Shown piece by piece: positions 18,208 to 27,160 of a DNA stretch of 51,153 bases (position 1 is the stretch's first letter; each line of letters opens with the position of its first letter). A program made the position numbers and the translations under genes. Under the pieces are notes generated by a model that had not been told where the DNA came from, made no database searches, and saw only the letters and a list, made by a program, of their open reading frames with translations. This DNA comes from Gemmatimonadales bacterium. Its GTDB lineage: Bacteria > Gemmatimonadota > Gemmatimonadetes > Gemmatimonadales > GWC2-71-9. The stretch covers positions 1 to 51,153 of the forward strand of contig JBDIWC010000032.1 of assembly GCA_039794085.1 (NCBI GenBank). The letters run 5' to 3'.

Positions 18208-19317
18208 GTGGCCACGCAGGACTTCTATCAGGTCCTGGGGATCACGGAGAAGGCCACACCGGAGGAAATCAAGAAATCCTACCGGCGGCTGGCCAAGCAA
18301 TTCCACCCCGATGCCAATCCCAACAATCCCGCCGCCGCGGAGAAATTCAAGCAGATCTCCGAGGCGCACACCGTGCTGGCCGACCCCGAGAAGCGCGCCA
18401 AGTACGATCAGATGCGCCGCCTGGGAGCGTTTGACCCGATGACACGGCGGGGAGGGAGCCGGTCGCGAACAGGCACTCCCCCCGGCTCCGGACCGGTCGA
18501 GGGCTTCGACTTCGGCGATTTCGGGAGCATGGGATTGGGAGACATTTTCTCCTCCATCTTCGGCCGGGGGCGGAAGGAGAGCGGGGGAACTTCGGGGGTG
18601 GCCGAGCCGATCGAGGTCTCGGTGACGGTCCCGTTCCGAACGGCGGTGCTGGGAGACAAGGTGCCGATCCAGCTGCCACTCTCCGAATCGTGCGGCCGGT
18701 GCGGAGGCAGCGGCGGGGAGCCGGGGGCCACCATGTCCTCCTGTCCCGAATGCGAAGGCCGGGGAACGATCTCCTTCGGGCAGGGCGGCTTCGCGGTGAA
18801 CCGGCCCTGTCCCCTCTGTCGCGGGCGGGGGCGCGTTCCGTCCACGAAATGTTCCCAATGCGGCGGGGCGGGCGAGGTGCGCACCGAGCGGAAGGTGATG
18901 ATCACCGTCCCTCCCGGAACCGACAGCGGAACCCGGGTGCGGCTCAAGGGAATGGGGCAGCCGGGCCGGCCCGGAGGGAAGGCGGGAGATCTCCTGGTGA
19001 CCTTTGAGGTGGAGCCCGATCGATTCTTCCGTCGCGTGGGCCTCGATCTCGTCTGCGACGTTCCCATCAATGTGGCGCAGGCAATGCTCGGCACCCGGAT
19101 TAAGGTCAAGACCATCGAAGGGACCCGCGCGGTGCTGCGCATCCCGCCGGGAACCCAGTCGGGGCGCAAGTTCCGGATCAAGGGGCATGGTGTGCCAAAA
19201 GGGGGGAGACGCGGCGATCAACTGGTCCAGATCGAGGTGCGCATTCCGGAAAAATTGAGCCCCGAAGCGGAGGAACGTCTCAAGGAATTTGCCGAGGAGG
19301 CGGGGCTGCGGTTCTGA
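18208..19317 (+). CDS. dnaJ: Chaperone DnaJ
   Basis: J domain with HPD, G/F region, four CxxCxGxG repeats. Confidence 0.96.
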   Translation: MATQDFYQVLGITEKATPEEIKKSYRRLAKQFHPDANPNNPAAAEKFKQISEAHTVLADPEKRAKYDQMRRLGAFDPMTRRGGSRSRTGTPPGSGPVEGFDFGDFGSMGLGDIFSSIFGRGRKESGGTSGVAEPIEVSVTVPFRTAVLGDKVPIQLPLSESCGRCGGSGGEPGATMSSCPECEGRGTISFGQGGFAVNRPCPLCRGRGRVPSTKCSQCGGAGEVRTERKVMITVPPGTDSGTRVRLKGMGQPGRPGGKAGDLLVTFEVEPDRFFRRVGLDLVCDVPINVAQAMLGTRIKVKTIEGTRAVLRIPPGTQSGRKFRIKGHGVPKGGRRGDQLVQIEVRIPEKLSPEAEERLKEFAEEAGLRF

Positions 19318-19363
19318 ACAATGAACAATGAACAGGGACCAATGAACAGGGAACGGTTCCCTG
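19315..19363 (+). repeat. (TGAACAA)n heptamer array starting at the dnaJ stop and ending in hairpin CAGGGAA-CGG-TTCCCTG
   Basis: tgaacaa tgaacaa tgaacag ggaccaa tgaacag. Confidence 0.75.
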
Positions 19364-19495
19364 CTTCCGCCGGGGGGCGATTGATCAGGGACTCCTTCGC
19401 CGCGCAAACCGGACTGAGGGTGTCGACCGGGACGGGCACTATAATGACAAGCCTGCCACCGACCAGCTCCCGGTACGCGCGGTTGAAAAGCACTC

Positions 19496-19586
19496 AACCA
19501 CGAAAAGGCACGAAAAAGCACGAAAAAGCACGAAACAAAGTGGGGGGGCGAGGACCTGTTCGTGTGTTTTCGTGCATTTCGTGGTT
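19496..19586. repeat. 10-mer periodic palindrome (CACGAAAAAG)n...(TTTTCGTG)n
   Basis: Inverted arms AACCACGAAAAGGCACGAAA / TTTCGTGCATTTCGTGGTT; same family as the ISL3 target. Confidence 0.88.
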
Positions 19587-19629
19587 CACTATTATAACTG
19601 TTAGGTAGTTGGTTGCGATTGGTCATTGA

Positions 19630-19989
19630 TCATTGAGCATTGCTCCTTCCACACCCGGCGCACGTGCGGGTTTCCGGCAGGACCGCCAGCCGGTCGTAGG
19701 GAATCGGGTGGGTACAGGTCTGACAGAACCCGTAGGTTCCCGCTTCGATCCGCGCCAGGGCGTCCTCCACCAGAGAGAGAGCCTGCACTGTCCGGGCGTC
19801 GCTCCCCTGGGCGATTCCCTGGTTCATGAGGGCATCCATGCGGGAGAGCCGCCCGACGGCGGTTTGGTCGAGCATCACCGGTCCTGACTCGCGGATGGCC
19901 CGGACCCGCCGGGTGAGGGAGCGCAGCTCCCCCAGGAGATCCTCCTTCAATTCGTCGATCCGCTCGGGCGTGAGGTCGGGGTGCATCAT
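19630..19989 (-). CDS. TraR/DksA C4-type zinc finger protein
   Basis: LDQTAVGRLSRMDA; ALARIEAGTYGFCQTC...PETRTCAGC; ATGA overlap with the upstream gene. Confidence 0.9.
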   Translation of the reverse strand: MMHPDLTPERIDELKEDLLGELRSLTRRVRAIRESGPVMLDQTAVGRLSRMDALMNQGIAQGSDARTVQALSLVEDALARIEAGTYGFCQTCTHPIPYDRLAVLPETRTCAGCGRSNAQ

Positions 19990-20348
19990 CGGGGAGCCTC
20001 CTCCCACCTGCCACGGGTGGTCAGCATCGCGTTCACGATGCCGATCAGGAGCCCTCCGAAGAAGGCGGGCCAGAACCCGCTCACCGAAAAGCCGAGTCCC
20101 CAGCGGCTCGAGAGCCACGAGGTGGCGAGCAGCATCAGGGCGTTGATCACCAGCGCGAAGAGCCCGAAGCTGAGCAGGATCAGGGGGCAGGTGAGCAGGG
20201 CCACCAGCGGTTTGAGGGTCGCGTTCACCAGCCCGAACACCGCCGCCACAAGGAAGAGGGAGAGCAGAGAGCCGTCGTGCGTGATCCCCGGGATGAGGGT
20301 CACCGCGAGGAAGAGAGCGGCCGTGGTGGACACCCAGCGCCAGAGCAT
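19986..20348 (-). CDS. Phage holin 4_2 / YvlD family membrane protein
   Basis: FGLVNATLKP...PLILLSFGLFALVINA; GFWPAFFG. Confidence 0.88.
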   Translation of the reverse strand: MLWRWVSTTAALFLAVTLIPGITHDGSLLSLFLVAAVFGLVNATLKPLVALLTCPLILLSFGLFALVINALMLLATSWLSSRWGLGFSVSGFWPAFFGGLLIGIVNAMLTTRGRWEEAPR

Positions 20349-20356
20349 GCCGCGGC

Positions 20357-21415
20357 TCAGTCGATCACGCCGCCGCCCAGGAGGCGTGCCTCGGCGTTGT
20401 AGAGGACTCCCGATTGCCCCGGGGTGATGGCGCGGGCGGGAGTATCCAGCGTGAGTTCCAGCGTGGTGTCATCCGCGGAAACCACCCGGGCGGCCACGGC
20501 CGGGGTTCGGGAGCGGATCTGGACCTCACACCGATCCCCCGGCGCGAGAGGCTCGGCGAGCCAGTTGACTTCGCTCAGCGATACCCGGCGGCCCTCCAGA
20601 TCCTCCTCGGAGCCGAGAACCACCTCCCGCGAATCGGGCCGGATGGCCACCACATAGCGTGCGGACTCGGCCCCGCCCGGAAGCCCCCGGCGCTGCCCGA
20701 TGGTGTAGCGGGCAAATCCTTCGTGCGTACCCAGGGGCTCTCCGGTGGTGGAGACGAACGCGCCGGTGGTCAGGGCGGGGGCATCGGCCGGGAGGTGGTT
20801 CTCCAGCACGGTGAGGTACCGGTTGCCGGGTACGAAGCAGATGTCTACCGACTCGGGCTTGTCGGCGGTGACGAGGCCGAGCCGGCGGGCGGTGTCCCGG
20901 GTCTGGGCCTTGGTCAGCTCTCCCACCGGGGTCTTCATCCGGGCCACCACCTCGCGGGGAATGCCCCAGAGAAAGTAGCTCTGGTCCTTCTGCCGGTCGT
21001 GGCCGCGATAGAGGGCACCGCCCCGGGCCACGGCGTAGTGCCCGGTGGCTATCCAACGGCAGTCGAGCGCGTCGGCGTGGGCGAGGAGGTCGCGGAACTT
21101 GGTGAAGGAATTGCAGCGGACACAGGGAATCGGGGTGCGCCCCCGGCTGTACTCCTCGACGAAGTTGCGGATGACCCGGTCGCTGAAGCGATCTTCGAGG
21201 TTCAGCACGTAATGCGGGATGCCGAGGGCGTGGGCCACGCTGCGGGCATCGGCGATGGAGTCGAGCGAGCAGCAGGGTCGGTCGGGGACGTCGTCGCCGT
21301 AGCAGAAGAGCTTCATGGTGGCGCCCACCACGTCGAAGCCCTGGTCCACCAGGGCCGCCGCGGCGACGGAGCTGTCGACGCCGCCGGACATCGCCACCAG
21401 AACGCGCTCAGCCAC
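20357..21415 (-). CDS. mnmA: tRNA 2-thiouridine(34) synthase
   Basis: VAMSGGVDSS, GRTPIPCVRCN, ATGHY, KDQSYFL, YTIGQRRGL, ITPGQ; GTG start at 21415. Confidence 0.96.
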   Translation of the reverse strand: MAERVLVAMSGGVDSSVAAAALVDQGFDVVGATMKLFCYGDDVPDRPCCSLDSIADARSVAHALGIPHYVLNLEDRFSDRVIRNFVEEYSRGRTPIPCVRCNSFTKFRDLLAHADALDCRWIATGHYAVARGGALYRGHDRQKDQSYFLWGIPREVVARMKTPVGELTKAQTRDTARRLGLVTADKPESVDICFVPGNRYLTVLENHLPADAPALTTGAFVSTTGEPLGTHEGFARYTIGQRRGLPGGAESARYVVAIRPDSREVVLGSEEDLEGRRVSLSEVNWLAEPLAPGDRCEVQIRSRTPAVAARVVSADDTTLELTLDTPARAITPGQSGVLYNAEARLLGGGVID

Positions 21416-22583
21416 GGCCCAGCACCACCGACAGGTGGCGTACCTTCTCCACGATCCCCGGCAGAATGTCCACCACGCGATCGATGTCCGCCGGAACAGT
21501 CTCGTGCCCCAGGCTGAAGCGGACACTGCCCAGGGCGAGGTCGCGGGGGACTCCCATGGCGGTGAGCACGTGGGAGGGCTCGACCGACCCGGTGTTGCAG
21601 GCCGAACCCCCGGAGGCGGCAACACCGGCCAGATCGAGATGCATGAGCATCGCCTCGCCGTCGGTGCCGGGGATCCCGAGGTTGAGCACATGCGGGGCCC
21701 GGGGGGCGCTCTCGCCATGGATCACGGCATCGGGGATTGCGACCCGGAGCCGCTCCGCCAGCCCGTCCCGCAGCGCGCCGAGCCGGGCGGCCTCGGCCTC
21801 CCGCTCGGCGACGGCGAGACGGGCGGCACAGCCCAGCGCCACGGCACCCGCCACGTTCTCGGTCCCGGGCCGGATGCCGAACTGCTGGCCCCCGCCGTGC
21901 AGGATGGCGTCGATCACCTTCCGGTTCCGGATGACGAGGGCACCGATCCCCTTGGGACCGCCGATCTTGTGACCGGAGAGGGTGAGGAGGGAGCAGGAGA
22001 GGTCGGTGAGGGAGACGGGGGTCTTGCCGAAGGCCTGGACGGCATCGCTGTGCAGGGCGACGCCGGCGTCCCGACATCGCCGGGCGATCTCGGCGATGGG
22101 CTGGATCACGCCGGTCTCGTTGTTGACCACCATGACGGAGACGACACAGGGCTTCCGGGCCAGCGCCTGGTCGAGGGCGCCGAGGTCGACCTGGCCCGAG
22201 CTGCCGACGGGGAGGATGATCTCCTCACCGCCGAGAGTGGTGACCCGGTGGGCGGCGGCGAGAACCGCCTTGTGCTCGGTGGCGGAGACCACGACGCAGG
22301 GGGTGTGTCCCCGGGTCCGGGTGGCCATCGCCGCACCGACCACGGCGAGGTTGTCGGCCTCGGTGCCGCCGGAGGTGAAGATGACCTGGTTGGGCTCGGC
22401 GCCCACCGCGCCGGCCACCTCCGCGCGGGCCCGTTCCAGTCCGGCCCGCGCGGTGCGGCCGACGCGGTGGGCGCTGGAGGGGTTCCCGAAGGCGTCCCGC
22501 CCGAGGTAGGGGAGCATCGCCTCCAGGACCTCGGGGCGGACCGGGGAGGTGGCGGCGTAGTCGAGGTAGACGTAGTCGGTCAT
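21408..22583 (-). CDS. Cysteine desulfurase (IscS/NifS-like)
   Basis: YLDYAATSP, FTSGGTEADN, SGHKIGGPKG, SGGSAC. Confidence 0.94.
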   Translation of the reverse strand: MTDYVYLDYAATSPVRPEVLEAMLPYLGRDAFGNPSSAHRVGRTARAGLERARAEVAGAVGAEPNQVIFTSGGTEADNLAVVGAAMATRTRGHTPCVVVSATEHKAVLAAAHRVTTLGGEEIILPVGSSGQVDLGALDQALARKPCVVSVMVVNNETGVIQPIAEIARRCRDAGVALHSDAVQAFGKTPVSLTDLSCSLLTLSGHKIGGPKGIGALVIRNRKVIDAILHGGGQQFGIRPGTENVAGAVALGCAARLAVAEREAEAARLGALRDGLAERLRVAIPDAVIHGESAPRAPHVLNLGIPGTDGEAMLMHLDLAGVAASGGSACNTGSVEPSHVLTAMGVPRDLALGSVRFSLGHETVPADIDRVVDILPGIVEKVRHLSVVLGRG

Positions 22584-22637
22584 CCCGGAAAACTAGCCCC
22601 GGGGGCGGGGGCGGGACAGGGCGGGGGGGGGGGCTGC

Positions 22638-22728
22638 GAGGACGTAGGACATAGGACAGCAGGACATAGGGGGGCAGGCAGGGGTCCGATCGCCCCCCGC
22701 CGCCCGCCCACCGCCCACCGCCTACCGT
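22638..22728. repeat. Heptamer arrays (AGGACAT)n and (CCGCCYA)n
   Basis: Same units as at 2433, 38136, 9100 and 40030. Confidence 0.7.
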
Positions 22729-22742
22729 CGGCGGTCATGGGG

Positions 22743-23253
22743 TCACCTCAGAGGGATCCGGTCGGGCCCGTTGTCCAGTTCCACGAGACGGGGAGCCACG
22801 ATGTCGAAATAGATCACCAGATTCGTGTCGCCATCCCGAGCGGCGCTCGGCACCAGGAGTGCGGTGAATCGCTCGCGCCGGGCCTCGGCTGCCAGTGCGT
22901 GGCAATGATCGTAGGGAACATCGGCCAGGCGGGAATGGAAAGCCGGGTGCGCGGTGACCCCGGCGGAGCGTGCCGTTTGCTGATAGGCATCGGGTTGGGT
23001 GAGGTCGAGGACCGGCTCAACCTTCACGACCAGGGAAACCAGGTCGCGGGCACCCATCGCAGAGCCGGCGGACTCCGCAAGGTGCGTCCACTCGGCTCGT
23101 GCCCCCTCCATTGTGAGCGAAGTAAGTATAGAGCGCGGCATACTCACCGCGTTGGTTCCACCTCCCCTGGCTGTATCGCCAAATCGCTCCCACATGGAGC
23201 GGTTCCTTCCCCGCAGGGACGTGCCGCCACACCACCCCCCCAAAGCGAGTCAA
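22743..23253 (-). pseudogene. RES-domain (NAD+ phosphorylase-type) toxin, frameshifted by a 4-bp duplication
   Basis: Frame 1 VWRH...GRWN...AALYT continues in a second frame as [10 protein letters not shown]...LLVPSAA...NLVIY; ACTT duplicated at 23120-23127; TTG start overlaps the antitoxin stop. Confidence 0.85.
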
Positions 23254-23636
23254 GTGAAGGCGCCGGCGTCCACATTGGCCAGCAGGGTGAGTACGTCCCT
23301 GGCCTCGCCCTCGACGATCGCCCGCAGCGGAGTGCGGTGCCCGAGCCCGGGTACCGGCTCATGCAGCCATGCGTGCATCCGATCCGGGTCGTCTGGAAAG
23401 ACGGCGTCCAAGGCCTGGGAGAGGCCGAGGAGAGTTTCCGCAGCCACCACCGCCGGTGGATGAGGCCGCTGCTCGCCCCCCCGCCACCGGGCCACGGTGC
23501 GCGGGGAGGCACCACCGAGCGCCTGACCCACCTCCTGATGGGAGAACTCCAGCGTCTCGCTGGCCCAGACAACCGCCTCGCGCACCTGGTTCACCGCGGC
23601 GCGTTCGCGCGGACTGTAGGGGGTGTCCTGTTCCAT
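23250..23636 (-). CDS. Antitoxin Xre/MbcA/ParS family
   Basis: HTH (SPRTVARW) plus C-terminal [25 protein letters not shown]. Confidence 0.9.
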   Translation of the reverse strand: MEQDTPYSPRERAAVNQVREAVVWASETLEFSHQEVGQALGGASPRTVARWRGGEQRPHPPAVVAAETLLGLSQALDAVFPDDPDRMHAWLHEPVPGLGHRTPLRAIVEGEARDVLTLLANVDAGAFT

Positions 23637-23673
23637 GAGTGCCTCCTGGCCGTGAACTTCGTAGCTTGAAGGC

Positions 23674-23702
23674 AATATATGACATGCATAATGTCTAGTC
23701 AA
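23674..23702 (-). promoter_or_regulatory. Sigma70 promoter of the TA operon with operator palindrome in the spacer
   Basis: TTGACT-17 nt-TATATT; GACAT-N5-ATGTC at 23681-23695. Confidence 0.8.
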
Positions 23703-23749
23703 GTGACGTATAAAATGACGTGATAAACGATCTATTCAGAGCTCCGGTC

Positions 23750-23953
23750 ACCGACACCGACCCGCCCCCCGCCAGGTATTGGGTGCTGGGTATCGGGGTA
23801 TCGGGGTATCGGGTCCTCCAGTCCCCAACACCCAATGATCAGGCGTCCGCTTCTCGAACGGGGCCTCGCTCACGAGATTGCTTCGTCGGCTCCGCCTCCT
23901 CGCAATGACGGCATCCGGTCCCTCCCGACTCCCGACTCCCGACTCCCGACTCC
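23750..23953. repeat. Mosaic: GGGTRYY/CCCAACA heptamer palindrome, GAGATTGCTTCG...CTCGCAATGAC repeat, (CTCCCGA)n
   Basis: Segments 23775-23836, 23874-23909 and 23922-23953. Confidence 0.8.
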
Positions 23954-24670
23954 CTACATGGACCTGACGCCGAGGGTCATCACGTCGTCCACCCTCATCG
24001 TCTCCTGAGTGAAGAAGGGTTCCCCGTACCGGACCCGGATTCGGCTTCCGTAGTGCCCGGCCTGGGTCTCGATCAGGCTGTACAGGTCCTGCCCGTTCGG
24101 AAAGAGCTCCCCGGCCTGCACCAGCCCATCGAACTGGCTCGCGTAGCAGCGGATCGCCTCCATCTTGCGGGCAAACTGGTCCGAGATGTCGACGATGAAT
24201 GTCGGTTTGGTGGCGTCTTCCCGATAGGTCATCGTGTGGAGGATCTTGGCGGGGCGATGAGGGCTTCCCGGCGCGTCGTAGCGGGCGAGGCCCGCGAGGA
24301 AGCAGGCGTCGCGGCCCAGCTCGGCGGCCACCCGGTGATCGGGATGCCGGCCGGAGGGGAAGGGGAGGATCACGACTTTCGGCTGCAACTCCCGGAGGAT
24401 GGCCACCACGCGTTGCCGGGCCTCATCGGTGTTGTGGAGGTGGGCATCGGGAAGGCCGGCGTTGCAACGGCTGGTGAGGCCGAGCACCTGGGCGGCCCGG
24501 GCGGCCTCCTCGCCCCGGAGGGTGGCGCTGCCCCGGGTGCCGGTTTCGCCGGCGGTGAGGTCGAGCACCGCGGTGCGGTATCCCTGGTCGTGGGCGCGGA
24601 GGAGGGTGCCGCCGCAGGTGAGTTCGGCGTCGTCCCGGTGGGCGGCAATGGCGAGGAGATCGATGGTCAT
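23954..24670 (-). CDS. bshB1: Bacillithiol biosynthesis deacetylase BshB1 (PIG-L family)
   Basis: AHRDDAELTCGG, DLTAGETGTRG, RHPDH, YASQF, YGEPF. Confidence 0.85.
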   Translation of the reverse strand: MTIDLLAIAAHRDDAELTCGGTLLRAHDQGYRTAVLDLTAGETGTRGSATLRGEEAARAAQVLGLTSRCNAGLPDAHLHNTDEARQRVVAILRELQPKVVILPFPSGRHPDHRVAAELGRDACFLAGLARYDAPGSPHRPAKILHTMTYREDATKPTFIVDISDQFARKMEAIRCYASQFDGLVQAGELFPNGQDLYSLIETQAGHYGSRIRVRYGEPFFTQETMRVDDVMTLGVRSM

Positions 24671-25902
24671 TCGTGTCTCAAGGCTTCCACCGGGTCCATC
24701 TGGGAGGCCCGGTTGGCGGGGTAGAGTCCGAAAACGAGGCCGATCCCGATGGACACGACGGTGGCCACCACGGCACTCCAGAGGGGAACGGTGGCGTCGA
24801 TGCCGAGCACGCGCTTGAGGACTTCCCCGGCGACGAGGCCGAGGACGATCCCGATCAGTCCGCCCATGAGGGTCAAGGTGGCGGATTCCACCAGGAATTG
24901 CCAGAGGATTTCGGAGCGCCGGGCTCCGACGGCCTTGCGGAGGCCGATCTCGTGGGTGCGGTCGGTCACCGACACCATCATGATGGCCATGACTCCGATG
25001 CCCCCCACCATGAGGGCCACGCCCGACAGGGCGATCATCACGGCGAAGAAGGCGGAGGTGAGGGAGCCGATGGTGTCGAGCAGCTGGTCCTGGGTGATGA
25101 AGTCGAAGGTGTTCGGCATGCCGGGGCGGAGCTTCCGCACCTTGCGGAGCGCCACGGTGGCGAGATCCTGCGCCCGGTCCACCGAGACCGAGGCGATCGG
25201 CTTCATGGCGATGAAGAGACTGTTGGTTTCGTCGTACCGGAAGTTCTGCTTGACGGTCTGGAAGGGCACGATGCCGCCGATGGTCTGGCCCGGCGGTTCG
25301 AAGAGATTCTCGGGTCTCCGGTACACCCCGATCACCTGCAGGGCCCGTCCCCCGACGCGGACCCATTTTCCGATCGGCTGCATCGCCCCGAAGAGACGGT
25401 TGGCCGCCTCCTCCTCGAGAACGACCACCGGGCCCCCGGTCAGCTCGGACCGGGTGAAGAACCGTCCCCGGAGGAGGGTGCCGCCGAGGAGTTCCATGTA
25501 GCGCTCGTCGGCGCCGTAGATGATGACGGTCTGAGTCCGCGCATCCTGGTACTCGATGCGCTGGAACACCTGGACCCAGAGGGCGGCGTAGTCGATCTCC
25601 TCGACCTCCCGGAGGGCCCGGGCGTCGTCCTCGTTGAGCGCGGGCCGGATCCGCACCTCGTAGGGGAGGTTGTCCGGATTGAGCGGCGTCTGTGAGAAGA
25701 ACCGCATGGCGTAGAAAGTGGTGGGTCCGGCGGTCTGCATCGAGTTGAAGATCTGGGTCCGGATCCCCTCCACGATGGACGCCATGGCCATCACGGTCAT
25801 CACGCCGATCACGACCCCGAGAATGGTGAGGGCGGACCGCAGCTTGTTGGCGCGCAGGGCATCGAGGGCGAGCCACACTCCCTCCCGGACACTCATCCAC
25901 AT
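24667..25902 (-). CDS. MacB/FtsX-type ABC permease 4
   Basis: RSALTILGVVIG; VGGIGVMAIMMVSVTDRTHEIGLRKAVGA. Confidence 0.93.
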   Translation of the reverse strand: MWMSVREGVWLALDALRANKLRSALTILGVVIGVMTVMAMASIVEGIRTQIFNSMQTAGPTTFYAMRFFSQTPLNPDNLPYEVRIRPALNEDDARALREVEEIDYAALWVQVFQRIEYQDARTQTVIIYGADERYMELLGGTLLRGRFFTRSELTGGPVVVLEEEAANRLFGAMQPIGKWVRVGGRALQVIGVYRRPENLFEPPGQTIGGIVPFQTVKQNFRYDETNSLFIAMKPIASVSVDRAQDLATVALRKVRKLRPGMPNTFDFITQDQLLDTIGSLTSAFFAVMIALSGVALMVGGIGVMAIMMVSVTDRTHEIGLRKAVGARRSEILWQFLVESATLTLMGGLIGIVLGLVAGEVLKRVLGIDATVPLWSAVVATVVSIGIGLVFGLYPANRASQMDPVEALRHE

Positions 25903-25905
25903 CGT

Positions 25906-27150
25906 CTATTCGGCTCGCAGGGCGGTGATCGGGTCGAGCCGGGCGGCGCGAGTGGCGGGATAGACCCCAAAGATGATTCCCGTGCCCGCCCCGAGGGCCA
26001 GCGCCACTCCGACCGACCAGAGGGTGACCCGGGCGGGGAGCGGGGTCACGGAGGAGACCAGGGTGGCGAGCGCCCAGCCCGCCAGAATACCCAGAATGCC
26101 GCCCAGCGTGGAGAGGAAGATCGCCTCAACGAGGAACTGGCGTCCAATGTCGGCCCGCCGGGCCCCCAGTGCCTTGCGGATCCCGATCTCCCGGGTTCGC
26201 TCATTCACCGTCATCAGCATGATGTTCATGATGACGATGCCGCCAACCACGATCCCGATCACCACCACCGCGGGGATCACCGTGAACAAGGTTCGGGTGA
26301 GCTGGGCCCAGAAGGCCACCAGTGCATCGGCCTTGTCCACCGCGAAATCGTTCGGCTCCCCGGGCCGGAGCCGGTGGGCGAGCCGCATCGCCTCCTCGGC
26401 CCGGGCCATGGCGCCGGGCAGGAGTTTGGCGTCTCCCATCTTGACCGAGATCGTGGTGGTTTTCCGGCGGCCGTAGATCGCCTCGAAGGTGGAGATGGGG
26501 AGAAGGGCGAACCCGTCGAACGACTGGCCGAGCACCCGTCCCTTGGCGGCGATGACGCCCTTCACGATGAGTTCGCGACCGGCGATGCGAACCGGCTTCC
26601 CGATGGCGCGGTGCACGTCGTCGAAGAGCTTGCTGGCCACGTCATGCCCCAGGACCACCACGGGGCGGCGCTCCGTCACGTCGGGATCGGTCAGGGGAGA
26701 CCCGGCTTCGAACCGGTAGTCCTGCACCGTCTGGTACGGCGGGGTCACGCCGAAGGTCAGCACCGTTCCAACGGTCCGGTTCCGGTAGACGACATCGCCG
26801 GTGGGAGTGGGCCATCCCGACTGGATCGACACCGCCTCCGCCTCGGGGAGGGCGGCCGCCACGACCTCGGCGTCCTCCCGCGAGATGATCGGCCGCTGGG
26901 CAATGGCCCGGATCTCCTCGTCGCTCAGGAATCCGATCGCAATGGGGGTGCGACGGACCTGGAATGCGTTGGTACCGATCACCGCGCCGGCCACGTTCTC
27001 CCGAACGTAGGCGTTCATGCCTTGGATGATCGCCACGACGGCCACCAGGAACCCCACCGACACGATGATGCCGAGTAGTGTAAAGAACGACCGGAGCTTG
27101 GCGGTCAGGATGGCGCGGAGGGCAAGGCGGACCGCTTCGAGGACCGGCAT
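25906..27150 (-). CDS. MacB/FtsX-type ABC permease 3
   Basis: RSFFTLLGIIVSV; GGIVIMNIMLMTVNERTREIGIRKALGA. Confidence 0.93.
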   Translation of the reverse strand: MPVLEAVRLALRAILTAKLRSFFTLLGIIVSVGFLVAVVAIIQGMNAYVRENVAGAVIGTNAFQVRRTPIAIGFLSDEEIRAIAQRPIISREDAEVVAAALPEAEAVSIQSGWPTPTGDVVYRNRTVGTVLTFGVTPPYQTVQDYRFEAGSPLTDPDVTERRPVVVLGHDVASKLFDDVHRAIGKPVRIAGRELIVKGVIAAKGRVLGQSFDGFALLPISTFEAIYGRRKTTTISVKMGDAKLLPGAMARAEEAMRLAHRLRPGEPNDFAVDKADALVAFWAQLTRTLFTVIPAVVVIGIVVGGIVIMNIMLMTVNERTREIGIRKALGARRADIGRQFLVEAIFLSTLGGILGILAGWALATLVSSVTPLPARVTLWSVGVALALGAGTGIIFGVYPATRAARLDPITALRAE

Positions 27151-27160
27151 GGCCGGAAAT

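Noticed and set aside
19355..19392. Hammerhead- or TPP-like motif on the minus strand (CCTGATCA...GAAGCAGGGAA)
   Set aside because: Core deviates from CUGANGA/GAAA and from TPP CUGAGA/UAAU; not upstream of a gene.
19630..20348. Prophage remnant (holin plus TraR)
   Set aside because: YvlD-type holin-like and DksA-like genes are common chromosomal genes, here co-oriented directly downstream of mnmA; no phage genes nearby.
23954..25900. 648-aa fusion ORF ending in BshB1 (likewise extended ORFs for trpB, mnmA, M14)
   Set aside because: The upstream part is an off-frame overlap of the neighbouring gene; true starts lie at the stop/start overlaps.
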